Shown: piece by piece, positions 27,641 to 38,900 of the stretch
How the letters are laid out: every line of letters starts with the position of its first letter
Numbering within the stretch: position 1 is the first letter of the stretch
Origin: Vicugna vicugna
Lineage: Eukaryota
DNA length: 64,000 bases
Reading direction: 5' to 3'
NCBI GenBank assembly: GCA_013265495.1
Contig: MU058198.1
Span: 1,190,419 to 1,254,418, forward strand
Position numbers and translations under genes: made by a program
The notes under the pieces: model-generated
Databases searched by the model: none
Seen by the model: only the letters and a program-made list of their open reading frames with translations
Told to the model about the DNA's origin: nothing

Positions 27641-28066
27641 GTAAGAGCCGAAGGCAGCTGGGGGTTCTAAAGAAATCCAGAGGCAGAAATGGAGTCCCTT
27701 CCTGGACACGCTGAGGCCAACCGCAGCCTCAACCGCAGTGTTCTAAGTTCTGGGGTTCTGGAGGACCAGGGGTGGCCCTGGAGAAGAATAGGCCATTATT
27801 GAGTAAGAGGAGGGCCCTGCCCTGCTCTGCTGAGTTGGGGGCAGGAGAGCTGGAGGTCACAAGGATGGCCAGAAGCAAAACACACCTTGGAGGTATGGAT
27901 GTGGCATTGAAGATGCCTATAGATTGGGATTTGAACCCCAGCTCTGTGGGTATGAGCAGCTGTGTGGATGGGTGCGGGTCACTTACACTCTGAGGCTCCA
28001 TTTCTTCATCAGTAAAATGGCACATGATGCCTAGGAAGGCTGTGGGTGTTTGAGGAGATGAAGCCT

Positions 28067-28867
28067 GCGAAGGGGGTACCAGGCATAGTGCCTGGAAGGC
28101 AGGAAGCCCTGCCCCGGCCTCACCCCCCAGTGGTACATCGTTTGCCCCACGTACACCTGTATCACATCATCACAGGGTGCGCCCCAAGTACATACAATTT
28201 CATTTGTCAGTCATACCTCAGTAAAGCTAGAAAAAAATAAAAGTATATTTTTAAAAAATATGAAATATTAGCAAGTGATAAATTCTTAGGAGGAAGATCA
28301 AGTAGAGACTGGAGGGTAGCAAGTGTCAGATGGGAGAGGGTTCCATTTTCGGTGAGGGAGTCCGTTGAAGGTTACTTAAGCTGGAGCCAGCCTGCAGGGC
28401 ACCCCCCTCCCCTGAGAGAGCCTGTTAATTAATATTCAGGAATTTGCAAACCGGTTACTGAAACTTTGGTAGGTCTAAACTGGCCATGGTGGGAATTGAA
28501 ACTGGCCATGGTGGGAATTTTTAACCACAGATACTGGCAAACACTACAAGTCACTTTGGTGGTTTTTGTTCTCAGAGAACCAGTTTCTCAGCAGCCTCTC
28601 CCATCTGGCACTTGCTACCCTCTGGTCTCTACTTGATCTTCCTCCTAAGGATTTATCACTTGCTAACATTCCATATTTTTTTAAAATATATTTTTATTTT
28701 TTTCTAGCTTTACTGAGGTATGACTGACAAATGAAGTTGTATGTACTTGGGGTGCACCCTGTGATGATGTGATACAGGTGTACGTGGGGTAAACGATGTA
28801 CCATTGGGGGGTGAGGCCGGGGCAGGGCTTCCTGCCTTCCAGGCACTATGCCTGGTACTCCCTTCAC
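28067..28867. repeat. Inverted duplication: arms 28067-28339 and 28595-28867 (273 bp, 14 mismatches, no indels), 255-bp spacer
   Basis: Manual alignment of the left arm to the reverse complement of the right arm. The ORF track shows near-identical peptides on opposite strands. Confidence 0.95.
28380..28594. mobile_element. hAT element (MER63A-like) in the inverted-repeat spacer, with a ~21-bp tandem duplication aaactggccatggtgggaatt
   Basis: gctggagcc...ttcaggaatttgc...ggccatggtggga...ggcaaacactacaa...gagaaccagttt resembles recalled MER63. Confidence 0.6.
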
Positions 28868-29419
28868 TGCAGCAGGGACGTCAAAGAGCAAAAGGCAGGG
28901 AGACCAGTGTGGCTGCAGCCAAGCGAGCCGGTGAGAGCTGTTCTCAAGACTTGCCTTTGGCTTTGAGCAAGACAAGGAGCCAGAGGAAGCTTTGTGCTTT
29001 TTAATAGCTTTATTTAGGAGTGATTTGCATACCAAAAAATTCACTCATTTCAAGTGTACACTTATTTGTGTTATTATTCATTTCTTTTAGTAAGTTTACA
29101 GAGCTGTGCAGCCATGACCACACTCCAAATTCAGAACATTTCCAACAAAGAGATCCTTTGTCCCCATTTGCCCCAGTCAACAGCTAAACCACTTCCTTTC
29201 CCCGGGTGCTGGACAGTTTAGAGCAGAAAGGGGACATGATTTGACTTACATTAGTGTCACTATTGTCTCTTTTCTGCCAACATACAATAAAGTTCCCATT
29301 TTCTTCTTAGATTAGATGGTGACCTGAATTTTCAGGGAAAATATCCCTAGGTCCAGGACACCCCCCGGGCACCGGAGCTGGAGTTCCACCGCCCAGCTGC
29401 GAGAAAAGGGTGTGGGGCC

Positions 29420-29651
29420 ACCCTCGCTGGCTCAAAGTGTGCTGACCAGTTGAAGCCACGTGTCCTCTGATGGCTTCAGGCTCTGTGCCCTCTCTTGGCT
29501 GTGCTTGGGGCCAAAGTGCCTGTGGGAGGCTGGGTCAGCAGTTTGCTGTTACCAGCGTGCCCAGGAGCCGAGATGTTTACGGGCATTAAGGCCTGCCTTC
29601 CGCTGAAGCAGCTCTTAGGCGTCCTTTGCAGTCCCCGCGTTCAAGAACAAG
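29420..29651 (+). promoter_or_regulatory. Candidate ACSM5 promoter and non-coding first exon
   Basis: HNF4-like sites ggctcaaagtgt (~29429) and gggccaaagtgcc (29508-29520); forkhead-like tgtttac (~29574); GC-rich; donor AAG|gtactg at 29651. The ATG exon has its own acceptor. Confidence 0.5.
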
Positions 29652-30159
29652 GTACTGGGAAGAGAAACCCTTCAGCAGGAGGTGTCTGCGGCCTCCGAGG
29701 CCTTTGCTGATTAAGCCAGGCAGGGAGCAGGGCCCGTGAAATGGCTTTGGGCTCTTGGGAAGGGGGCCTGGGATTCTAATTGTCTGCTGCCAAGGGGACC
29801 CAGGAATCCAGGGGTGAAAGGCAGAGGGAAACGTGTGGGGTGGAGTTCATGAGCGGTGGGGAGAAGGGCAGGGAGGGCAGGGAAAGGGAGTCCTGAGGCT
29901 GCAGGCACCCCGGGGCTGGGGGCCACGGCACAGGCCAGGGTCTAGGCCCTTCTGGGAGGTGGGATTAAGAAGACACTTTTCCCCTCCAAGCCTCACTTTC
30001 TTTATTTATAAAATAGAGAAAATAACACATCATAGACTTGTTATGAGGATTTAAGGAAATAATGTTTATAAAGCGCTTCCCAAATGCTCAATACCCAGTA
30101 AGCCGTCAGTAGATGCCAGGTATTATTTTTCCTGTTCTTGTCACCCATTATTATTATTG

Positions 30160-30476
30160 GTTATTGTCTCAGCCTATTTGGGCCGCGTGTGCTGGGTGGT
30201 TTAAACCACACATATTTCTCACAGTCCTAGAGGTCGGGGAGTGTAAGATCGAGGCACCGCGGGCTGATTGGCGTCTGGCAAGAGTCTGCTTCCTGGGTCA
30301 GATCTGTGTCCTCAGCAGGTGGAAGGAACAAAGGAGCTCTCTGGGGTCTCTTTTATAAGAACTCCACCCTCGTGACCTAATCAGTCACCAGCGGCCCCAC
30401 CTCCTCACACCATTACCTTGGGGGTTAGAATCTAACACATGAATTTGGGGGGAACATGAGCATTTAGTCTATGGCA
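30160..30476 (-). mobile_element. MaLR LTR (MLT1A/B-like)
   Basis: atttctcacagtcctagagg...aagatcgagg...accttgggggttagaat...catgaatttggggg. Confidence 0.7.
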
Positions 30477-30564
30477 GTTCCCATGATCATATTCTGTGAT
30501 TGTTATTATCAAGAGAAACTTGGTGGAAGAGAACTGAAACTGGGGATACAGCCCCTAGGCCACC

Positions 30565-31057
30565 GCTTCATTTCTCAAAAATTTCTCAGTTCACCTGAGG
30601 TTCCTGTTAAAATGCAGGTTCTAATTCCGCAGGTCTGGGGTAGGGTCTGAGGTTCTGCCTTTGTAACCTGCTCTCAGGTGATGCTCATGTGGCTGGTCCG
30701 CAGCCCACACACTGAATAGCCAGACACTAAAACTACACTGTCCAGTACGGTAGCCACATGTAGCTGGTGAGCACTTGAAATGTGCCCAGTCCAAACGGAG
30801 GTGTGCCGGTAAGTGAAAAATCTACAGCAGATTTCAAAGGCTTGAGAAAAACTACAAAATAATGTAACATGTCTGTCTAATAATTTCTTCTGATATTGAT
30901 TGCATATTGAAATTATAGGATATGGCTAGTTAAAAAAATTACTATCATAGTCTATTTCACCTGTTTCTTTCTACTTTTTTGGATGAAACTACTAAAAAAT
31001 TGTATATTACACGAGCACATGTGGTTCACGTCTTGTTTCTGTTGGAGACCACTGCCC
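30565..31057. mobile_element. Adjacent hAT MITEs (MER5A-like ~30565-30725; MER3-like ~30735-31057)
   Basis: gttaaaatgcag...caggtgatgct...ccacac; cactgtccagta...gagcacttgaaatgtg. Confidence 0.65.
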
Positions 31058-31369
31058 TCGAGCTTTCTTTGACTTTGTTGGGCAATTCACTTTGAAGAAC
31101 TGAGCATTGGGAAGTGGGCCCTGAGTTCCTGACCTGAGATCCACAGGCAGTGAGAGGCGGAAGGGATGGACCTCAGGTCCAGGGAGGAGAAATGATCAAA
31201 ATCACCCAATGGAACTTAGACTACAGCCCAAGACTTTGTTCGGCAAGTCAGTACGTGCTATGGTCATCCTAGGGCTGACCACAGGCTTCTCTTCAAACTC
31301 AGTGTCTCCCCGGAGCCCAGAATTCATGACAATGCTCTCTCTCCTCTTTGGTGACAGGCAGGAGGCAGC

Positions 31370-31573
31370 ATGAGGCTGTGGCTGAGAGGACTGGTCCTCC
31401 AGGTGCTGAGACGTGCCCGGGGTACCTGCGGGTCTCCGGGGCGGCCGCCACCTCTACCTGCCCCTCAGAAGGTCGTGGCCACCTGGGAAGCCATCAGCCT
31501 GGGGAGGCAGCCAGTGCCTGAGTACTTCAACTTTGCTCATGACGTGCTGGACATGTGGAGTCAACTGGAAAAG
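31370..31573 (+). CDS. ACSM5: ACSM5 coding exon 1 ([11 protein letters not shown]...WSQLEK)
   Basis: 204 nt; gtgaaa donor. Confidence 0.96.
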
Positions 31574-34500
31574 GTGAAACTCACTGTGTCCTAGGGTCCC
31601 TCTTGACTTAGGAATTTGACAAGTCTTAAAATGGAAACTATTATTGTTGCAGCTTTAGGGAAAAAAAACTGTGACCAAGTTTTTGAGCTGTAGACATCCT
31701 CGCCCAATTCCTGGTGTGTCTCATTTCTGAGTCCAGACCACACAGTGAGAGAGTTACACCCCTTTTGATTCCTTTCCAGTCATTCTGATCAAGTGAAGGA
31801 GAAAGTTTTGTCTACTAGTAGTCTGTTTTTAACATCTCCCTCACGTCACACACGTCCCTCCTAAATAAGGCAAGAGCTTGGCTCAGGCTCAAGCTTTTCA
31901 CAGATCACAGCTGATGCATAGAACTGAATTCAGATTATCTTGATTTCTCTGTGTGTCTCTGTGCACATGACTCCTTTATTTTCCCTTATGTTGTTGTGTC
32001 TCTCTCTGTATTTTATGTTAAAGGTACTAACTTTTTATTTATAGTAGGAGAAAATATAAACTTTATTTCAAAGAATTTATTTATGTTAATTTTAAGAGGA
32101 GCTTTCTTAAAGACAAAATATGAAATAAGTAATAGTGTGAGTAGGTACAGGAACAGTCCAGTCCACTGTCAGTGGATATGGTAACATTTATGAAGGTGCT
32201 GTGAGAATGGCTGAGATTTTACACCTGCAGGCTTGGTGGTCAGACAGATGTGGCACATCGACTTGAACTGTGACCTTGGACACACACCTTGAGCTTTTTG
32301 GATCTCGTCTATTAAAAGCGAGTCATGCCATGTGCTGCTTGGAATTGTGAGAATGAATGGAAACTGTCTGTGAGAGATGGAGCTGGGTGCTCCTTTCCTA
32401 TCTGCAAAGTGTCAGGTTTTTTTGGTTTTTTTAAGCACACTAGGCTCATCCTTAGAAGACTTCTCTTAATGATGAAAACAAATAAGGTTAAGTCAGCAAA
32501 AATGGTAGAAAAAGAGCTTTCTAAAATTTTCTCTTCCCTAAAAGCAACCACAAAAACAATAAAAACCTTAGAAAAACTGTCAGAATCAAATTTTCAGAAC
32601 TCTGGAAACTAACCAAAAGCTGAAGTAATCCAGGGGGATATTTATTAAAGAAACACTCAAGATTTGGATGAATCTCAGTAAGGACAACCCTTGGATATTA
32701 CCTCCTTATGCAAAAATACAGCCTTTATGACTCTGCTGATACAAGTTTCAAACACATCTGATGAAGTTTAGCTTTCACAAACCAAGGAGCTGCCAGAAAA
32801 TAACAGCCTCTCCATTCTGCATGCATTTTGAAGCTTACCTGAAATCTACCTTTTCTAAATGAATAATATTAAGTTGAACTGTACATTTTAAAAACTTAAT
32901 TACCATTAAAGCAGAAATTATAAGGATGAAAAAAAAATGGTTATACATCTCAAATCGGTCTACATGCTAAATGTAATCTTTATAAAAATTCCAGGGGATT
33001 TCTTTGCAGAAATAAACAATCTTGTCCGAAGAGTCATGTGGAAACACAAGGGACCCATAACAACCAAAAGAATCATGAAAAAGAAACACAAAACTAGTGG
33101 ACACACACTTTCTTATTTCAAAACCTAATACAAAGTTACAGTAATTAGGACTGTGTGAGGAAAAAAAAACCCCAAAAATGACAGTGTGGTTCTGACGTAA
33201 GGATAGACATGGATGAACAGGATAGAATTGAGTCCAGAAATAAATTCATAAATCTATGGTCAATTAATTTTCAGCAGAAGTGCCAAGAAAATTCAATGAG
33301 GAAAGAATTGTCTTTTCAACTAATGGTGCTGGCACAACTGGATATTCACATGCAAGAAAAATGAATGTGGTCCCCTACCTCACACTACATACAAAAATGA
33401 ATTCAAAAATGGATCAAAGACCTAAGTAAAGGAGTAAAAACTATAAAATTCTTAGAAGAAAATATAGGTGCATATCCTGGATTAGGAAATGGTTTTGTAA
33501 TAAGCAATGAAAGAAAATAGATAAATTGAACTTCATGAAAATTAATAGCATTTGTAGATCAAAATGAAAGACAGCCATCAGAATGGGAGAAAATATTTGC
33601 AAATCACCTATTTGCAACATATATATGCATATATCGCCAATATAAAAATAACTCAGATTCAACAATAAGAAGATAAATAACCCAATGAAAATATAGGCTG
33701 AGGATTCAAACAGACATTTCTCTGAAAAATATGAACAAACAGCCAGTAGACACACGGGAAGATGCTCGACATCTTTATCCATTAGGGGAATGCAATCCCA
33801 ATCACAGTGTGATACCTTTTCACGCAGAGTGACATGGCTAAAGCCAAAATCAAAACCAAAATGAGTGAGCAAACAAGAAAGTGTTAAGCAAAACAAATCA
33901 AGAAACAAACAAACAAACAAAAAGATCATAAATACAAAACAGAAACAGACACATAGACATAGAATACAAACTTGTGATTGCCCAGGGGGTGGGGGGTGGG
34001 ACGGGACAGACTGGGATTTCAAAACTTGTAGATACTGACAGGCATATGCAGAAGAGATAAACAACATTATATTGTATAGCACAGGGAAATATATACAAGA
34101 TCTTGTGGTAGCTCATGGAGAAGAAAAAAAGTGACAATGAATATATGTATGTTCACGTAAAACTGAAAAATTGTGCTCTATACTGGAATTTGACACAACA
34201 TTGTAAAATGACTATAACTCAATAAAAAATGTTTAAAGAACAAACAAACAAACAAAAAGTGTTTGCTAAGAAGTGTTAGCAAAAAAGTAGAGAAATTAGA
34301 ATCTTTATTCATTGCCGGTGGGAATGTAAAATGGCATGGATGCTGCCGAGAACAGTTTGGCAGTGCTTTAAAAAGTTAAACGTAGAGTCATCATATGACC
34401 CAGCAGTGATTTTCCTAGGTATATATCCAAGGGAATAGGAGATGTAATTTCACACAAAAATATGTACACAAATGTTCATAGCAACATTATTCATAATAGC

Positions 34501-35927
34501 TCCAAAATGGAAGCCACCCTAATGTGCATCGGCTGATGAATGGATAAACAATGTGTGGTCTATCCATACAGTGGAATGTTACTTGGCCATTAAAAGGAAT
34601 GTAACGCTGACACATACTACAACATAGATAAACCTTGAAAACTTTATGCGAAGTGAAAGAAACCAGACACAAAAGGCCACATACTGTATAATTCCATTCA
34701 TATCAAACATCTGGAATAGGCAGCCATAGAGACAGACAGTAGATTAGGGGTTGCCAGGGGCTTGGTAAGGAAAGAAAAACTTGTGGCCACTAATCTGCAG
34801 AATATTTCTTTTTAGGATAATGAAAATGTTCTGGAGGTAGACGGTAATGATGATTACACAACTTTATGAATATTCTGAAACCCGTTGAATTGTTCACTTT
34901 AATATGGTGAATTTTATGGTGGGAGAATTATATCTCAATTTAAAAAGAGGAGGGCACAGAACAGTGTGCATCTAATGCTATCTTTGGCATTAAAAAGATG
35001 ATGTGGAAAAAAGAATATATGTAAGTTTGTCTAAAGAAACACTAAAAGGATGTGCAAGAAACTAATAGCATTGGTTACTCACTGAGGCAGGTGAAGTAGG
35101 GGTGCAGGTGGATTGGCACAAGGATGGGAGAAGCCTTCTCAATGCACATCTTTTCATACTGCTTTGATTTTTGAACCCTGTGAATGTAATATTTACTGTA
35201 AAAATTAAATTTTCAAAAACCAAGCAAACAAAAATCCCCAACAGATGGTTTCCACCTCTCTCTTTCGCCTACAATGCTGTCTAGGCTGGACACCGGCCCC
35301 CAATCCCCGCATTCTGGTGGGTCGATGGCATGGGAGCAGAGGTCAAGTGGAGCTTTGAGGAGCTAGGGGAGCAGTCCAGGAAGGCGGCTAACGTGCTGGG
35401 AGGCGTGTGTGGCCTGCAGCCTGGAGACAGAGTGATGCTGGTGCTTCCGCGGCTCCCGGAGTGGTGGCTGGTCAGCGTGGCTTGTATGCGGACAGGTCAG
35501 TGAGCAGGGCTGAGACTCCCAGTTGGGGCTGACATGACCTGCCAGAACTTTGACAGCATCCACAGGGTTCGGGAGATGGAGCAAACTGAACCCAATGTGG
35601 AGTTTTGTTTATTTTCCCATTGCCCGACAGTCACGAACTTGATTGGGTACAGGGCCAGATAGCACTGAAATTGATTACAGCAGGCCAGTGTGAGACAGCA
35701 GGGAGTGCTGAGGACTGCGGTGAACTGGAACTCACATGCCTCATCAGTCAGGGACAGCTGCTTCTCAACTCCAACCGAATGGTTCCTTGGGTGAATGAGG
35801 GCCAGTGTTTCCAGAACATCTGATTTTGTAATAAACTGGAGTTTTGTGGGGAAAAAAAAAAAAAGTCTTCCAATATTTTCATGTTGACAACTAAATTGAT
35901 ATTTTTAAAATTCTGAATGGAATAAAC

Positions 35928-35970
<43 letters not shown>

Positions 35971-38900
35971 GTTGTGTTTTTTTTTTTTGCATGGTGGTTT
36001 GGGAGCTGCCAGTGTCTGGAGAGCGATGCAGTTACAGATAAGAGAGCTTTGTAACCAATCTAGGTTAGTTTCACCCTTAGACTTCATGGCTCTCACTGTC
36101 ACAGCATCGCCTAGCTCCCAAGAAATGGGCAAGAAGTACAAAATAATCAAAGCAATAAGATCAGCCCTGAAAGATTCCTCTTCCCACTGTCATAAATGCC
36201 CAGGACAGCAGATCACTGATCTTCTTGGGCTGTGTCTTCCAGCAGAGGAGGACGGGAAGCAAGAGGACACGGCCACAGAGCCCGGAGAGCCCCTGCTGGC
36301 CCTGTCCGATGCACTTATTAAAAAGGCTGGAGATTTTAGGCTGATTTTATAAAAACAAGACAACTGCTTTCAGTGGAGTGCTGGTTTGTCCGCCCCCTCT
36401 CAGTGCGTTCCACCACTTACAGTGCTGTCCACCCCCTTCCAATCGTGTTTGTAAATCTACCTGAAATTTGTTTTCACAAATAATACTTGCAAAACAGAGG
36501 GGTACAAAACCCACATCAGGAAATTAGCCTTTCTATATGAACAACCTTAATTCAACCATTTTGTGAATCGATTGTCCAACAACAAAAAAAAGGAGGCAGA
36601 AATTTTAATTTCTTACATATTTTTTGCATGCTATATAAAAGTGAGCACCATTTCAGTATATCCAGCTCTGAGGAAAAGAAACAGGCACACTGACTGGTTT
36701 GAGAACGTCTCCACACGGGATGACATTTAAGGTCCATTTAAATGCCAGGGCTGAGTTAAGGGAGCCCCTGTCCTTTTCTTGAGGACCTGCTATGCTCTAG
36801 GCACTGTGTTAGGCACTTTGTGTGATCAAAACATCCTTTGGAGTATTACGCTAATTATTTTTTCTATTTACCCAAATGTCTCCAGTTTCCCCAGTTATAT
36901 AGATTCACGCATTTCTTTTTGTCCCAACTGAATAACTCAACACCGCATTCGCCACTGCTGCTTCCAGTCTAGCACCCTCTCCATTTTAGAGGCTACTCCA
37001 GCTGGACGTCCTCACCTTCTCCCATTCCCACGTTCTCCGCGTATGCATGCATCACTTTTCCTCCAGGCTACAGTGTTCAGCTTGTTTCTCTTGCTGACAG
37101 TTCCTGGTCTCCACCATCTGCCTGGGCCCCCAAAGCACCGCACACAATGCCGTGTGGACAGACTTGTGCTGGAAGTAGCTAACACAGAGCGATGGCATGA
37201 AGAATCGTACTGTTCAGCTCCCAGAGTGTCCGTGCTGGGCTTTTCCTGTATAAGTGTAGAAAATAGAAGGATGATGAGAACTTTGCTTTGACACCCACCC
37301 GCTTCCGGATCAGCCCCTTCCTCAGCCTTCTGTTCTCACTCTCTGCCTGGGGCTGGATGACTGTAATTCTAAGATCTCTTTCCTCTTGTCTGTGAAATGA
37401 GAATGCTGGACTCGATGGAGTGTGAAGTGTTTAAAGCCTGCATTCTGACACTTGAGTGATTTTTCAAGTGTCTGATTAAACTTTGGCCCTGCTTTCTGCT
37501 TCCTCATCCCTTCCTCTTGGGAGAAGATGAACTCAGCTACCCTCAGAGTGGCTTTGGTTGAAGTAACATGGAGCCTCCACTGCTCCGCCTACAACCCCGC
37601 CCCCCCCTTGCCCCAAGCGATCCACATGCAACACTGAGTTTCACTGTAGCCTTTTGTTTGAAAAGCATGAAAAACCATTGAACTAGGTAAGCTCTAGGGC
37701 AATATAATGCAACGTTCAAGATCATGGGCTCAAGTTCACCACTGTCTGGGTTCACAACTCCAGCTCTGCAGCATATTAGTTATGTGATCTTGGGCAAGTT
37801 ATAGTTATCTAAGGGCATAAAGGTTTAAGTCTTAGTTTTTCTGATCTGCATAATGGATGTAATAGTATCTACTTTCCAGGGTTGTAAGAATTAAATGAAA
37901 TAATACATGTAAAGTTCTTAGCATATATAAGCACTTTATAAGTACTTTCTGGATTTCAATATTATCATGAATAATGCCTTTTCTAGTTCAGGCATTCCAA
38001 CTCTCTCCAGCCCCTTTCTGCTCCTATCTGTGATGGGAATATGTGATCTGGACTTGTTCACAGGGGTCTTTCCTTGTTGCCCAGTCAACATCCCTTCTCT
38101 GTGTGGTATTCAGGGACTGTCATGATTCCTGGCATCTCTCAGCTGACAGAGAAGGACCTCAGATTCCGGCTGCAGGCATCCAAGGCCAAGTGCATCATCA
38201 CCAATGACTCCACGGCTCCACAGGTGGATGCCATCAGTGCGGACTGCCCCTCTCTCCAGACCAAGCTGCTCGTGTCGGACAGCAGTCGGCCAGGCTGGGT
38301 GAACTTCCGGGAACTCCTACGGTAAGTTGGGGGGCTCTCCAGAGGACAGCATAAAAACGAGGCCAAGACATTTCCCCTTTAAGCAGCAAGAATGCACTGC
38401 TGATTGCACACACAGAGGGTGAATCAATCAGGAAGGAATGCACACTTTGGAAGCCAGACAGACCTAGGGCCTAATCCTGGCGATTACTGTAAGATCCTTC
38501 AGCATCACTCAGTCAGTACTAGACTTGTCACTAGCTTTTTTGTGCATTTACCTCTATAATGGTGATAATAATTACAGAGTTACCAGCCAAATAAATGATC
38601 CATATGAGGCATTTAGTGCATAGTAGGTGGTCAATTAATAATCTAATCGTCACTGCCATGTAGTGAGTGCTCAGTGTATGCCAGGTGTGCTAGGTAGGCA
38701 TTCACCTACATTCATTCATGCAACAAAGATTTAGTGAACATCTATTTTATGACAAGCATGGTGTTTGATGCTCAGAACACAATAATCAGACATTGTTTTA
38801 TTTAATTCTTGGAAAAAACCCTATGAAGTACACTTTACCCTAATTTTACAAATGAGGACACTGAGACTTGGAAAAGCAAAGTGACTTGTTCAAGATGCTA

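Noticed and set aside
28046..29044. Two ORFs encoding near-identical peptides on opposite strands
   Set aside because: Product of the inverted duplication of repeat-derived DNA; not a gene pair.
33441..34082. 213-aa minus-strand ORF, the longest in the track
   Set aside because: Antisense reading of nested L1 sequence; low-complexity F/L/C content; no gene structure.
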